Assembly: GCF_009914755.1 (NCBI RefSeq)
Contig: NC_060930.1
Source of the DNA: the human T2T-CHM13v2.0 reference genome, Homo sapiens
Reading direction: 5' to 3' (one strand)
Length of the DNA: 64,000 nucleotides
Below are positions 1-15,670 of the stretch, piece after piece. Every line of letters begins with the position of its first letter. Position 1 is the stretch's first letter. Under the pieces are notes generated by a model, which ran no database searches, was not told the origin of the DNA, and was given only the letters and a program-made list of their open reading frames with translations. Both the position numbers and the translations under genes were made by a program.

Positions 1-257
1 GCTGTGCTTATTGGTAGCTCCGATGCTGGGATGATACTCCAAAGTTGTCTCAAGTTGAAGTAAGGGTTGGGCTTTTATATCTCAATATTAATCACTCATT
101 GGAAGAAAGGCACCTCATGAAGAAATTATCACCTTGGGCAAGGTGTCTTTCTTCATCTATATTTGAAGGAGGCTAGAAGCTGAGAGCTGTCCTTGCAGAA
201 ACTGGGTATACCAGTCATGAATTTCAATCTGGGTGTTACCTCATGTTGTCCACTACA
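1..257. mobile_element. Degraded MaLR LTR fragment (MLT1-like), cut by the window edge
   Basis: Ends in ...gttgtccactaca and contains accttgggcaagg, both resembling old MLT1 LTRs; highly diverged. Confidence 0.4.
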
Positions 258-1231
258 GAAGTTTATGTAGTGGAGCTTCCTGGAGGAAAAAAGGGTAGGA
301 GAAGAGCCCAGATAGCTTTGTCTAAATCTTAAAATTGTTGACGCATTTTTATTCCAGAGACTAAACTAAAAACAATATTTATTTTGGATAGATTTCAGAA
401 GAAATATTCATCCATTACAAAGTCAATCTTACTTTTATAACTATTCATTTGTTTATGTATATATTTGCAATTTCATTCTATAAAGGGTATGAATAGTTTA
501 TCTTACTCTTAATTTTTACCTAATTTACATTTTTGGCCTACTGTGTTGTTTCACAGATTAAAAACTATAGTAGTATATTTGCCCTTAACAGACAGATGCT
601 ACAGAACAGTTTATTTTTCATTTATGGAACTTAGACATGAGTCTCTAAAGGAAAATAATGCAAAATGCCTTGCACTATATAATTCAACAAAAACGTATTT
701 TCTTTATTTAGTAGTTGGAACTACTTTACTGGCCATTACAGTCTGTTCTAGGTTTTCTAAAATCTTCAAATATTATTTTACGTATAGTAAATTCAATTGC
801 TTTAGAAATTTACCAATGTATCATTGCTATTGCACCTGTGTATGTAGGAAAAGGTATTGCACAGTAAATCTAATATTAATTATTTCCTTCTAAATTCCTT
901 TAAATTCTTGTTTATATTTAGCTTAACACAGGAGGCATAAATGTATTTTATCTAAATCTGAATAATGTAATGCAACAAGTAATTACACCAATAACTCTAT
1001 GTGGTGTTTTTATTCAATGTCGATTTATCTAATATTTAATATAAAATTTTAGTTTTCTGTTTTTACTAAACTATTTTTTTCTAAGTCATATAAAATGAAT
1101 AGTTTGAATTAACTTTAGGTATATGGCTTGTCCATTAAAACTTGTTGGAAAAAAAAGGCATTTCATGAAAAGAATTATAGCACTACTGATATTAGAGGAG
1201 GCAGTATATATATTATATATTATGTGTATAC

Positions 1232-1255
1232 GTGTGTGTGTGTGTGTGTGTGTGT
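1232..1255. repeat. (GT)n microsatellite
   Basis: About 12 GT units, seen directly. Confidence 0.95.
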
Positions 1256-2906
1256 ATAGATATATTCTGCTTAACATTCAATCTGTTTTTAAGGGCATAA
1301 CAGACATATTTTCAGATTTTGGGGGAATGGTTGGATTTTATTGTATCAATTATGAACATCTATCGAATTGAAATTTGAGGAAAATTATTGTTTCTGAAAT
1401 GTGAAGAATAGACTAAAGAAGGATAGAGGAAAACACTATCAGCACAGTTAGCAGGACATTACAGCAATGTAAATATGATGATAGAACAAGATAAGTGGAA
1501 CTGGGGATGAAATGTGCAGCCCTAACAGCCACTTGGGAGGCAAAATGAAAAAGAGAAGTGGAGAAAGAAAAAGTCAATGTACTTTACTTATTTATACCTG
1601 AAATCATGCAAGAGATGCATTATGTTAGTGGTTTATATTCTTGATTCTCCTTTGCAATACTAAAAATTGAAAAGATCACTCAACACTTATACCAGAAAAT
1701 AAAAAAATAATAATTCTAGGTCCTGCTTTATTTACCCTTAGCTTGTGTTAGCAGGTCAGAACACAAGTTAATTTCGATATACCACTTAATCATGGCCCAA
1801 AATTTTAAGCTTCCTGACTCAGAACATTGTTAAGAGCCTCAAAGAAATCATGTCTGTGAACTATATACTAGTTGAATATAAAAATATAAATAGTTGTCTT
1901 TCTCAGGATAGTAGAAAAAGTGTTAAAATAAATGAAAAATCGATTTGCATTCTGAAAGCTACCAAGGAGTAGAGGCTCTGACAGTTTTTAAGAATTAAAT
2001 TCTAATCTTCCTCACAAACAGAATGTTCCTTATTGTATTCTCTCTGTTTTTCTTCTTCTAACATATGCTAATTTCTTGTGAAGCTTTATTCTGTGAAAAA
2101 TGACACCAATTGATCAGCATTTTTGTTACAAGCATATGTTATAAAAATTAGTGATGACCAAGGGAAGATAAATTTGGATAAAATGCTTGAAATATACCCA
2201 TGGAATATATATTACTAATTACATAAAATATTTACTGTATCAGAAATGTGCTTACACTATTGATGTATAAAATTGGTATATTTGTATTTACCTTGATAAC
2301 TAGGTATATGTCTACTTATGTAAATGAAACTTAAAGTGCACTCAAAATTGGTTTAGAAAGTAAAATTAATTCATGATTGAGTCATCTATGTCATATATCA
2401 TTTATTCTCTTAAAACCTAGTTATATTCTATGTATTCAACATATATATCAGCATAATGTAGAAAATAATTTGTAAAAAAAGAAAATAGTGTATACCAAAG
2501 TTGGATAGTTGGGATTAGGCATTTATTTGTTTTATTTATAATATGAAGTATAATGTAGAGAAATATCAGAAATGAATTCCTTTCACCTTGACAGATACTA
2601 TACCAGAAGGCTTGGTTTCATAGTTAGATGTAAGTTCACCACAGTCTTAAAGTTAACAGAGTTGATCAGTGTTTCCTACTATGATTTTCTATGTATATTT
2701 CATTTTAAAAGCCATAGACTTATAGCTGAAAGAAATTCTAAGTGAGATTTCAAATTATTTTTAAACTCTGCCTTTGGAAAATTGTAAGACAAATGAAAGA
2801 CCTTTGTTTGAAAAGCTCATAAGATAATACATTCAGAATGTGATAATTAGGAAAAAGTGGGCAACTAGCTACCTAGTGTGTGGGACAGGAAAACAAATAG
2901 TAAGTC

Positions 2907-2982
2907 CATTTGGTTCTCTGTATCCACAGGATCCATATCTGTAGACTCAAACAATTATGGATAAAAAATATTTTTTAAAAAA
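2907..2982 (+). mobile_element. MER2B (TcMar-Tigger MITE), left part, interrupted by L1
   Basis: ctctgtatccacaggatccatatctgtagactcaaacaattatggataaaaaatatt matches the MER2 left end; compare the intact MER2 at 11418. Confidence 0.75.
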
Positions 2983-2993
2983 GAGGGGTTGGG

Positions 2994-3003
2994 CAAGATG
3001 GCC
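2994..3003 (+). promoter_or_regulatory. YY1 site of the L1 internal promoter
   Basis: CAAGATGGCC at the L1 5' end. Confidence 0.75.
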
Positions 3004-4131
3004 AAATAGGAACAGCTCTGGTCTGCAGCTCCCGGCGAGATCAACACAGAAGACAGGTGATTTCTGCATCTCCAGCTGAGGTACTTGGTTCATCTCATTG
3101 GGACGGGTTGGACAGTGGGTGCAGCCCATGGAGGGCGAACCAAACCAGTGTGAGGCATCGCCTCATTCGGGAAGCCAAGGGGCTGGAGATTTCATTTCCC
3201 TAGGCAAGGGAAGCTGTGAGAAACTGTACCAGGAGGAACAGGGAACGCTGGTCCAGATACTGCACTTTTCCCAGGGTCTTCACAACCAACAGACTAGGAG
3301 ATACCCTCCAGTGCCTGGCTCAGTAGGTCCAACCCCCACAGAGACCAGCAAGATAAGATCCACTGGCTTGAAATTCTCACTGCCAGCACAGCAACAGTCT
3401 GGGATCCACCTGGGATGCTCGAACTTGGCAGGGGGAGGGGCGTCCACCATTGCTGAGGGTTGAGTAGGCAGTTTTATCCTCACAGTGTAAACAAAGCTGC
3501 TGGGAACTTTGAACCGGGCAGAACCCACCACAGCTCAGCAAGGCCGCTGTGGCCAGACTGCCAGATTTCTCCTCTCTGGGCAGGGCATCCTGAAAACAAG
3601 GCAGCAGAACCAGTCAGGGACTTATAGGTAGAACCCCCATTTCCCTGGGACAGACACCTGGGGAAAGGGGAGCCTGTGGGTGCAGCTTCAGCAGACTTAA
3701 ATGTCCCTGCCTGATGACTCTGAAGAGAGCTGCAGACCTACCAGCACAGCGTTTGGGCTCTGCTAAGGGTCAGACTGCCTCCTTAAGTGGGTCTTTGACC
3801 CCTGTGTATCCTGACTGGGAGAAACCTCCCAGTAGGGGTCGACAGACACCTCATACAGGAGAGCTCTGGCTGGCATCTGGCAGGTGCCCCTCTGGGACGA
3901 AGCTCCCAGAGGAAAGAATAGGCAGCAATCTTTGCTGTTCTGCAGCCTCCACTGATGATAACCAGGCAAACAGCGTCTGGAGTGGACCTCCAGCAAACTC
4001 CAGCAGACCTGCAGCAGAGGGGCCTGACTGTTAGAAGGAAAACTAACAAACAAAAAGGAATACCACATCCACTCAGATACCACATCCAAACGTCACCAAC
4101 ATAAAAGACCAAGGTAGATAAATCCACAAAG

Positions 4132-5137
4132 ATGGGGAGAAACCAGCACAAAATGGCTGAAAATTCCAAAATCCACAATGCTTCTTCTCCTCCAAAGGAT
4201 CACAACTCCTTGCCAGCAAGGGAACAAAACTGAACAGACAATGAGATTGACAAATTGACAGAAGTAGGTTTCAGAAGGTGGGTAATAACAAACTCCTCCG
4301 AGCTGAAGGAGCATGTTCTAACCCAATACAGGGAAGCTAAAAACCTTGAAAAAAGGTTAGACAAATTGCTAACTAGAATAAGCAATTTTGAGAAGGAAAT
4401 AAATGACTTGATAGAGCTGAAAAACATGGCAAGAGAACTTCGTGAAGCATACACAAGTATCAATAGCCAAATTGATCAAGCGGAAGAAAGGATATCACGG
4501 ATTGAAGATCAACTTAATGAAATAAAGAGAGATGACAAGATTAGAGAAAAAAGAATAAAAAGGAACGAACAAAACCTCCAAGAAATATAGGTCCAAATCT
4601 ATGTTTGATTGGTATACCTGAAAGTGATGGGGAGAATGGAACCAAGTTGGAAAACACTTTTCAGGATATTATCCAGGAGAATTTCCCCAACCTAGCAAGA
4701 CAAGCCAACATTCAAATTCAGGAAATACAGAGAACACCACAAAGATACTCCTCGAGAAGAGCAACCCCAAGACTCATAACTATCAGATTCACCAAGGTTG
4801 AAATGAAGGAAAAAATATTAAGGGCAGCCAGAGAGAAAGGGTGGGTTACCCACAAAGGGAAGCCCATCAGACTAACAGTGGATCTCTCAGCAGAAGCCCT
4901 ACAAGCCAGAAGAGAATGGGGGCCAATATTTAATATTCTTAAGAAAAGAATTTTCAATGCAGAATTTCATATCCAGTCAAACTAAGCCTCATAAGTGAAG
5001 GAAAAGTAAAATCTTTTACAGACAAGCAAATGCTGATTTTGTCACCTAGGCCTGCCTTACAAGAGCTCCTGAAGGAAGCACTAAACATGGAAAAGAACAA
5101 CTGGTGCCATTCAGTGCAAAAACATACCAAATTGCAA
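4132..5137 (+). pseudogene. L1 ORF1p (RNA-binding chaperone), disrupted
   Basis: ATG GGG AGA AAC CAG start; fragments 4255-4590 and 4605-4985 (ENFPNLARQANIQIQEIQRTPQRYSSRR); internal stops and frameshifts. Confidence 0.92.
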
Positions 5138-5200
5138 AGAGCATCGACACTATGAAGAAACCGCATCAAGTAATTGGCAAAATAACCAGCTATCATCATA

Positions 5201-9015
<3,815 letters not shown>

Positions 9016-9200
9016 ACAATGAGAACACATGGACACAGGGAGAGTAACACCACACACTAGGGCCTTTTTGGGTTTGGGGGGCTAGGGGAGGGATAGTAGA
9101 TGTCAGGTTGATGGGTGCAGCAAACCACGATGGCATGTGTATAACTATGTATCAAAACTGCACATTCTGCACATGTGTCCCAGAACTTAAATTATAATAA

Positions 9201-9255
9201 CATATATATGTATATATGTGTATATATGTATATATGTGCATATATGTATATATAT
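9201..9255. repeat. (TATATATG)-type microsatellite at the L1 tail position
   Basis: catatatatgtatatatgtgtatatatgtatatatgtgcatatatgtatatata. Confidence 0.85.
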
Positions 9256-9492
9256 AAAGAAAACAATTAAAAATAACTCAAATTTAAAAACCAATACAGT
9301 ATAAGTATTAACATAGCATTTGCATTGTATAGGTATTATAAGTAATATAGAGATGATTTAAAGTATGTGAGAGAATGTGCATGAGTTATATGCATATACC
9401 ATGATATTTTATGTAAGGGCATGAGCATCCATGGATTTTGGTATGCATGAGGGTTCCTGGAACCAATCCCTTGTGGATATCAAAGGACACTA
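9256..9492 (+). mobile_element. MER2B right part (resumes after the L1)
   Basis: caatacagtata...ggtattataagtaatatagagatgatttaaagtat...gttcctggaaccaatcccttgtggatatcaaaggacac; colinear with the MER2 at 11418-11752. Confidence 0.85.
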
Positions 9493-9510
9493 TTCTGAAG
9501 CAAGGTTAAA

Positions 9511-9562
9511 ATATATATGTGTGTGTGTGTGTGTGTGTGAGTGTGTGTATGTGTGTGTATGT
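9511..9562. repeat. (TA)n(TG)n microsatellite
   Basis: Seen directly. Confidence 0.9.
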
Positions 9563-9564
9563 AA

Positions 9565-10120
9565 TGTCAACTTAAAATAATCAAAAGAAGCAGAATCTAA
9601 TTCAAAGAGAGTTTATTCAAGTGAAGTGTGAGGATGGACCAGCTGGAAACACTACTCCAAAAGTCAGTGTTTCAAAGTAGAAAAGTTAAAATTTCATTTT
9701 ATATAGTCAAAAAGAAGTTTTCAGCAGGGCTACATTATTCATACAAGGTTGGAACATATGTGTAGCAATTTGATTTGTTACAGGCAGTGTTTCTTTTTGG
9801 GAAGGGTACATTTAACCTATTTAACAGAAGGTGTAATAATCATAGATTTTCTGTTCTCTGGTCTAAGCTAAGTAAAATAACAAAGGGAAAGTTAATCTAT
9901 AACAAGGGTTACTAACTAAGAAGATGGGAAGTTTTTGTCCCTGACTTCCTTTAATTCCCTCTAGTCATTGTACAGAACAAAACAAATAAGAAAACAACTT
10001 AATCTATAATCTGAGAATAGAAGTTTTAAATATATGTGACACAGATTGCAGTAACATTTCTCTCAAAGCTTAAAGTGATTATTGTGGTTCCCACAGCTTT
10101 TAAATTTTATTTTTTTCACA
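9565..10120 (-). mobile_element. Solo ERV1 LTR, MER4 group (MER49/MER72-like)
   Basis: TG...CA termini; the minus strand starts tgtgaaaaaaataaaatttaaaagctgtgggaacc and ends aataaactctc...ttaagttgaca; subfamily uncertain. Confidence 0.65.
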
Positions 10121-11417
10121 TCATATATATACATGTTTAACCAATGTTTGTAACCATGATAAGCAGAAAAAATATTTAAAAGTATGTAATTTATACAATA
10201 TATTAAATGTTTTCATTTTTCTTGAAAAATGTGTAGATTAAATAAAAGAGAAATATTTACTTTTTTGAAGTGGAAACAATATTACAATTATTAACTTAAA
10301 TTTTGTTTTTATTTTATTTCATTTGAACCATGTTTTCAGTTAGGGTATACAGCTTTCATTTTCAGAGTGGAATTACATCAATGGAGAAATGCAGATGTAG
10401 GAAAATTTGGATCATGGGGGAAATGTACAAGGATAACTGGAAGAAGCTGATTGCATAGTTATACGTTTAATTCAATTTGGTAATCTAATTTTGGAAAAAG
10501 GGCATATAAACACAGAGCATTAAAAGCGTTAACTGAACACACACTTCTGTCTTCCAACTTGTTTTAACAAAATCTCTAAGGTGGATGGGGCAGAAATAAA
10601 AAGTACCTCTTTTGACATCTAAGTTAGAATAAATGATCCAATATATTTGAGGATTTCAGCTATATATACAGCTAAAATCCAGCTATGTATACAGCTAAAA
10701 TATGGTTCATTTATATATATATAAATATGTGTACCAGAAACTAAAAGGAAAATATTATGAGCAGTTCCTTTCTTGGACAAAAAATACTGTCTTTTATCTA
10801 ACCAATTCACACTTCACTTACCCTGAAGTATCACTAACTTAAACTCGTGATAGACATGGTCAGGAGAGCAGTTGGCTAAATGTGATGCTCCATTTGTTCA
10901 CTGCTGCCCCCTGTCTATTATTCCAGTCATTTACCCAAGTCTTATCTTGCTTGACATTTAAATAGTCTGTTCTAGTGGCTGCTACTTAATCTCTCATACC
11001 CTAGGCTGAAGAACTTGATTCAGCCTTTCATTCACCATATGGTTAAAGCTCCTTATAATGAACAACCGTGTGTTCCCATGGAATCTGTAAAACCATTGTG
11101 AATGACAGATTTTTAATAAATATGTACATATATGTGGAATTATATTTCCACCCTCTTTTTCTAGCATTTTAACTTCAGTAGCGGATCTCACAGCTTTTCC
11201 TTCTTTTTAAAAATCTGCTTGTTTCAAGAATTTCAACCTGACCCCATCATGATCTCTAACTTTGGCTTTAAATGACTGATTTCTTAAAATAGACCAGGCT
11301 TTAATTCTGGTATACTTTAAAAATATTTCTTTAGCTAACCAAGGTTCTGACCTTGACCTTAATTGTCTTTTTCCATCTTGTCTCTTGAATACTGAGGAGA
11401 GGCTGTCTAATCTCAAG

Positions 11418-11752
11418 TAGTCAATTTCCCATATCCATGGGTTCTATATCTATGGATTCAACTAACAGCAGATAGAAAATGTTTTTAAAAAATATATCAA
11501 TATTGAACATGTGCAGATGTTTTCCCCTTGTCATTATTCCCTAAAAAATACAGTGTAACAACTATTTGCATACCACTTAGAGTGTATGAGGCATTATAAG
11601 TGATCTAAAGATGATTTAAAGTATGCAAGAGGATGTCCATAGGGTATATGCAAATACTACACCATTTTATATCAGAGACTTTAGCATTCCTGGATTTGGG
11701 TATCTGCAGAAATTCCTAGAACCCATCCCAGATGGATACTGAGACATCACTG
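11418..11752 (+). mobile_element. MER2 DNA transposon (MITE), complete
   Basis: cccatatccatgggttctatatctatggattcaactaac ... gatggatactgagacatcactg followed by TA. Confidence 0.88.
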
Positions 11753-12639
11753 TATGTGTGTAACAAGCCCTTGATAATTATGTAGCTATCAATGATTTTT
11801 CAACTTTGAACATGTGTGGGAAAGGGAGAATGTGAGTCACAGAACATAAAAGTAACTGATACAATATCACTAATAAGAGGCAGATTCTGGATTAAAAGCC
11901 AAAGGAGTCTTGAAAAACCCATACTCGTTGGTTCTCTTTTATTATGATATCTTAAGAAATTTAGAACTTGAGTTAAAAGGTTAAAAGGCACAGTTTAAAA
12001 CAGGTTAATGTAATTGCCTAAATAAAGTTATCAAATTTGGTGTCATGAATAAACTATTACAAACAACAATCAGTAATTTTATTAAGAACACAACAATACA
12101 TTTGGTACTTTATAAAACAAAACCTTGAGTAATAAATTAGTACCTTATAAGAATAAAGTACATTAAAATGTTAAGGTGATATGAAATAATCCTTTAATTT
12201 TTACTTTGTGCTATAAATGAAATCATGAGATTTGGAACTTTACTTTTTATTGGAAATAATTTAAATTGATCCAGCGAAATATCATTTTCATTCAATGTAA
12301 AAATATGCAGGTAAAATATAATCAATATAACATTACATTTGTATACTCAATGATAAAACGTATTCTCTGGGTATAATTTGAGTGCTTTAGAATGAAAATT
12401 TTAATTTTTGTGTGTAGAAAAATAACACATTTCTTCATTTATTATTTAACACATGGAAAATGACATAATTAAAATATATAAGAAGTAGGAGGAGAAAGAG
12501 GAGGTGAAGGAAGAGGAGGCGGAGGAGGAGAGAAATAAAATAAAGGTAATTGTTTTTAAATAATGGAGTTCATATTTTCTATTTGCTGTAGGCACATACA
12601 CACATTGCCATGAATGCTAGAATTCAAGTCTTATATATT

Positions 12640-13040
12640 AACACTTTTTAAAAATGATGTACTATTAACTATAGTCACCATGCTATAAAATAGATCTTCA
12701 GACTATATTCATCCCCGCACTGAAACCCTGTGTTATTTGAACAATCATTCCCAGCTTTCCTTCAACTCATATCCCCACTTCAGCACTTGGAATTCACCTC
12801 TCTATTCTCTTATTCTACGAGTTCAACATTCCTAAATTCCACATGTAAGTGAAGTCATGCAGTATTTGTCTTTCAGTGGTTGGTATATTTCACTTAGTAT
12901 AGTATCTTCTAGGTTTACCTATGTTGTTACAAATGACAGAATTTCATTCTTCAGTAAGGTTTAATAACATTCCATTGTGTGTGTGTGATATATACGATGT
13001 ATAAATATGATATATATATGATATATATATACACACACAC
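12640..13040 (-). mobile_element. L1MA 3' end (L1MA8-like)
   Basis: actattaactatagtcaccatgct ... attccacatgtaagtgaagtcatgcagtatttgtctttc is an antisense L1MA 3'UTR. Confidence 0.8.
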
Positions 13041-13041
13041 T

Positions 13042-13740
13042 AGTTTTCAGTGGATGCGTGGAAAAGCCTGGATCTCCAGGCAGAACCCTACTGCAGGGGT
13101 TGAGCCCTCACAGAGAACTTCTACTAAGGCAGTGAGGATGGGAAATGTGGGGTGGGAACCCCCACACAGAATCCCTGCTGGGGCACTGACTAGTGAGAAA
13201 AGGGCCACAGTCCTTCAGACTCTGGAGTGGTAGATCCATTAGCAGCTTGCACCCTGTTCCTGGAAAAGCCAAAGGCACTCAACACCTGCCCTTGAGAAGA
13301 GCTGTGGGGATTGAACCCTGGAAGGCCAGAGAAGCAGAGATGACCACGGTTTTGGGAGCCCACCACTTGTATAGGTGTGCTCTGGATGTGGGACATAGAG
13401 TCAAAGATTATTTTGGAGCTTTAAGATTTAATGACTGCCCTGCTGGGTTTTGGACTTGCATGAGGCCTGTAATCCTTTTCTTTTGGTGGATTTCTCCCTT
13501 TTGCGATAGGTGTATCTACCAAATGCCTATACCCCTATTGTATCTTGGAAGTAACTAATTTGTTTTTAATTTTACAGGCTGATAGGCAAAAGGAACTTGC
13601 CTTGTCTCAGATGAGACTTTGGACTTTGAAATTTGAGTTAATGCTGAAGTAAGTTAAGACTTTGGGGGACTGTCAGGAAGGTATGATTGGATTTTGCAAT
13701 GTGAAAAGGACATGAGTTTTGGGAAGGTCCATGGGCAGAA
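13042..13740 (+). mobile_element. MaLR internal sequence (MST-int/THE1-int), 3' portion only
   Basis: ggaaatgtggggtgggaacccccacacaga, gattattttggagctttaagatttaatgactgccctgctgggttt; purine-rich tract just before the LTR. Confidence 0.88.
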
Positions 13741-14159
13741 TCATATCACTTGAATCTGTATATCCACCCAAATTTCACATTCAGTTGTAATCCCCAGTGT
13801 GGAAGTGGGGCATGGTGGAAGGTGATTGATTCAAGGGGGAAGAATTCTTATGAATGATTTAGCCCCATCCTCTTGATGCTGTTCTCATGATAGTGAGTGA
13901 ATGAGTGAGTTATCATGAGATCTGGTTGTTTAAAAGTATGTAGCACCTCCTTCCTCTCTCTCTTCCTTCTGCTCTGGCCATGTGAGACATTTTGCTTATC
14001 CTTTGCCTTCCACCATGATTGTAAGATTCCTGATGACTCCTCAGAAGCAAAAGCCACTATGCTTCCTGTACAGCCCGAGGAACCATGAGTCAATTAATCC
14101 TCTTTTCTTATAAATACCCACTTTCATACATTTTAGCAATGCAAAAACAAACTAATACA
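13741..14159 (+). mobile_element. MSTA-like MaLR 3' LTR
   Basis: gttgtaatccccagtgtggaagtgggg ... ccaccatgattgtaag ... aaacaaactaataca. Confidence 0.88.
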
Positions 14160-15090
14160 GACACTTAAATTGATTCCATATGTTGGCTATTGTGAATTAT
14201 GCAATGAACATGGGGGTGTAGGTATTTCTTTGACATAATGATTTCATTTCTTTGGATATATATACACAGAAGTCGGAATACTGGATCAAATGTTAGTTCG
14301 ATTGTTAATTTTTTGAGGAACCTCCATGCTGTTTTTTATAATGGCTGTACTAATTTACATTCCAAGCAAAAATATAAAAGAGTTCTCTTTTGTCCACATC
14401 CTTACCAACACTTATCTTTTGTGTTTTTGATTATTACCATTATAGCAGATGCAAAGTGATATCTCAATGTAGTTTTGACTTGCATTACTGATGTTAAACA
14501 TTTTGTCATACACCTATTAGCTATTTGTATGTATTATTTGGAAAAAATGTCTATTCAGGTATCTTCCCTATGTTTAAATCAGTTTGTTTCTTGATATTGA
14601 GTTGTGTGAGCTTCTTATATATTTTGAATATTAACTTCTTATACGATGTATAGTTTGAAAATATTTTCTCCCATTTCTTAGACTACTCTTCTTTCTGCTG
14701 ATTGTTTCCTTCACTGTACAAAAGCTTTTTAGTTTCATATACTCTCATTTGTCTATCTTTGCTTTTGTTGCCTGTGCTTCTTGAATCATAGCCAAAAAAT
14801 CAGTTGCCTATGTCAAGTCAGGAAGTTTTTTTTCTCAATGTTTCTTCTGGTAGTTTTATACTTTGGGTTCTTACCTTTAAGTCTTTATACACTTTGAGTT
14901 GATTTTTGTATATGGTGAGATAGGGGTTCAGTTTTGTTCTTCTGTATGCAATTATCCAGTTTTCCCAACACCATTTACTGAAGATACTGTCCTATATTTA
15001 TTGTGAGTTTTGGGTACTTTTGTCAAGGATCAATTGACCATAAATGTGTAAACCTATATCTGGGCTCTCTCTGTTAGGTCCTTGATCTAC
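14160..15090 (-). mobile_element. L1MA continuation (ORF2 3' region)
   Basis: Resumes gacacttaaattgattccatatgttggctattgtgaat; ttttgaggaacctccatgctgttttttataatggctgtactaatttacattcc. Confidence 0.85.
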
Positions 15091-15119
15091 TTTTCAGTTA
15101 TTTTAATAAAAAATATAAG

Positions 15120-15670
15120 CTAACAGCCAGTTTAATTATTTTGTATGTAGATACCCAGTTTTCTCAAGAAAATTTGTTATAGAAACTATTTCTTACAGAA
15201 TAATCTTGGCATCCTTGTGGAAAACATTTGACAATATATATGAAGCTTTATATTTAGTCTTTAAATTCTTGGCACCATCTACAGCCTCCAACTCATGGAT
15301 TCAAACAATTCTCGTGCTTCAGCCTCCCAAGTAGCTGGGAGTACAGGTGCATGCCACCACACCCAACTAATTTTTGTATTTTTAGTAGAGAGAGGGTTTC
15401 ACCATATTAGTCGGGCTGGTCTCAAATTCCTGACCTCAGGTGATCTGCCCATCTCAGCCTCCCTAAGTGTTTGGATTACAGGCATGAGCCACCTTACCCA
15501 GCCTACTGGTCTTTCAATTCTATTCTATTGATCTATGTGTCTATCTTTATACCAGTACCACATAGTTTTGATTATGTACTTTTATAGTAAGTTTTGAAGT
15601 AAGAAAATACGAGATTTTCAACTTTCTCTTGTTTTTCAAAGTTGTTTTGGATATTCAGGATCCTTGATTT
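15120..15670 (-). mobile_element. Second, separate L1M ORF2 fragment, interrupted by an Alu
   Basis: Repeats the L1 segment already seen near 14940 (atacccagttttctcaa...); ccagtaccacatagttttgattatg. Confidence 0.65.
15270..15503 (-). mobile_element. AluSx-like, 3'-truncated, no poly(A) tail
   Basis: cctgacctcaggtgatctgccc, ctcccaagtagctgggagtacagg; the minus strand stops after ...atggtgcca. Confidence 0.9.

Noticed and set aside
543-893. 116-aa ORF
   Set aside because: Starts at a non-ATG codon in AT-rich sequence; no recognisable domain or exon structure
3098-4178. Cluster of 80-130 aa ORFs on both strands
   Set aside because: Chance frames in the GC-rich L1 5'UTR; I could not verify an intact ORF0
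13193-13558. 121-aa ORF
   Set aside because: Lies wholly in MaLR internal sequence; a decayed retroelement frame
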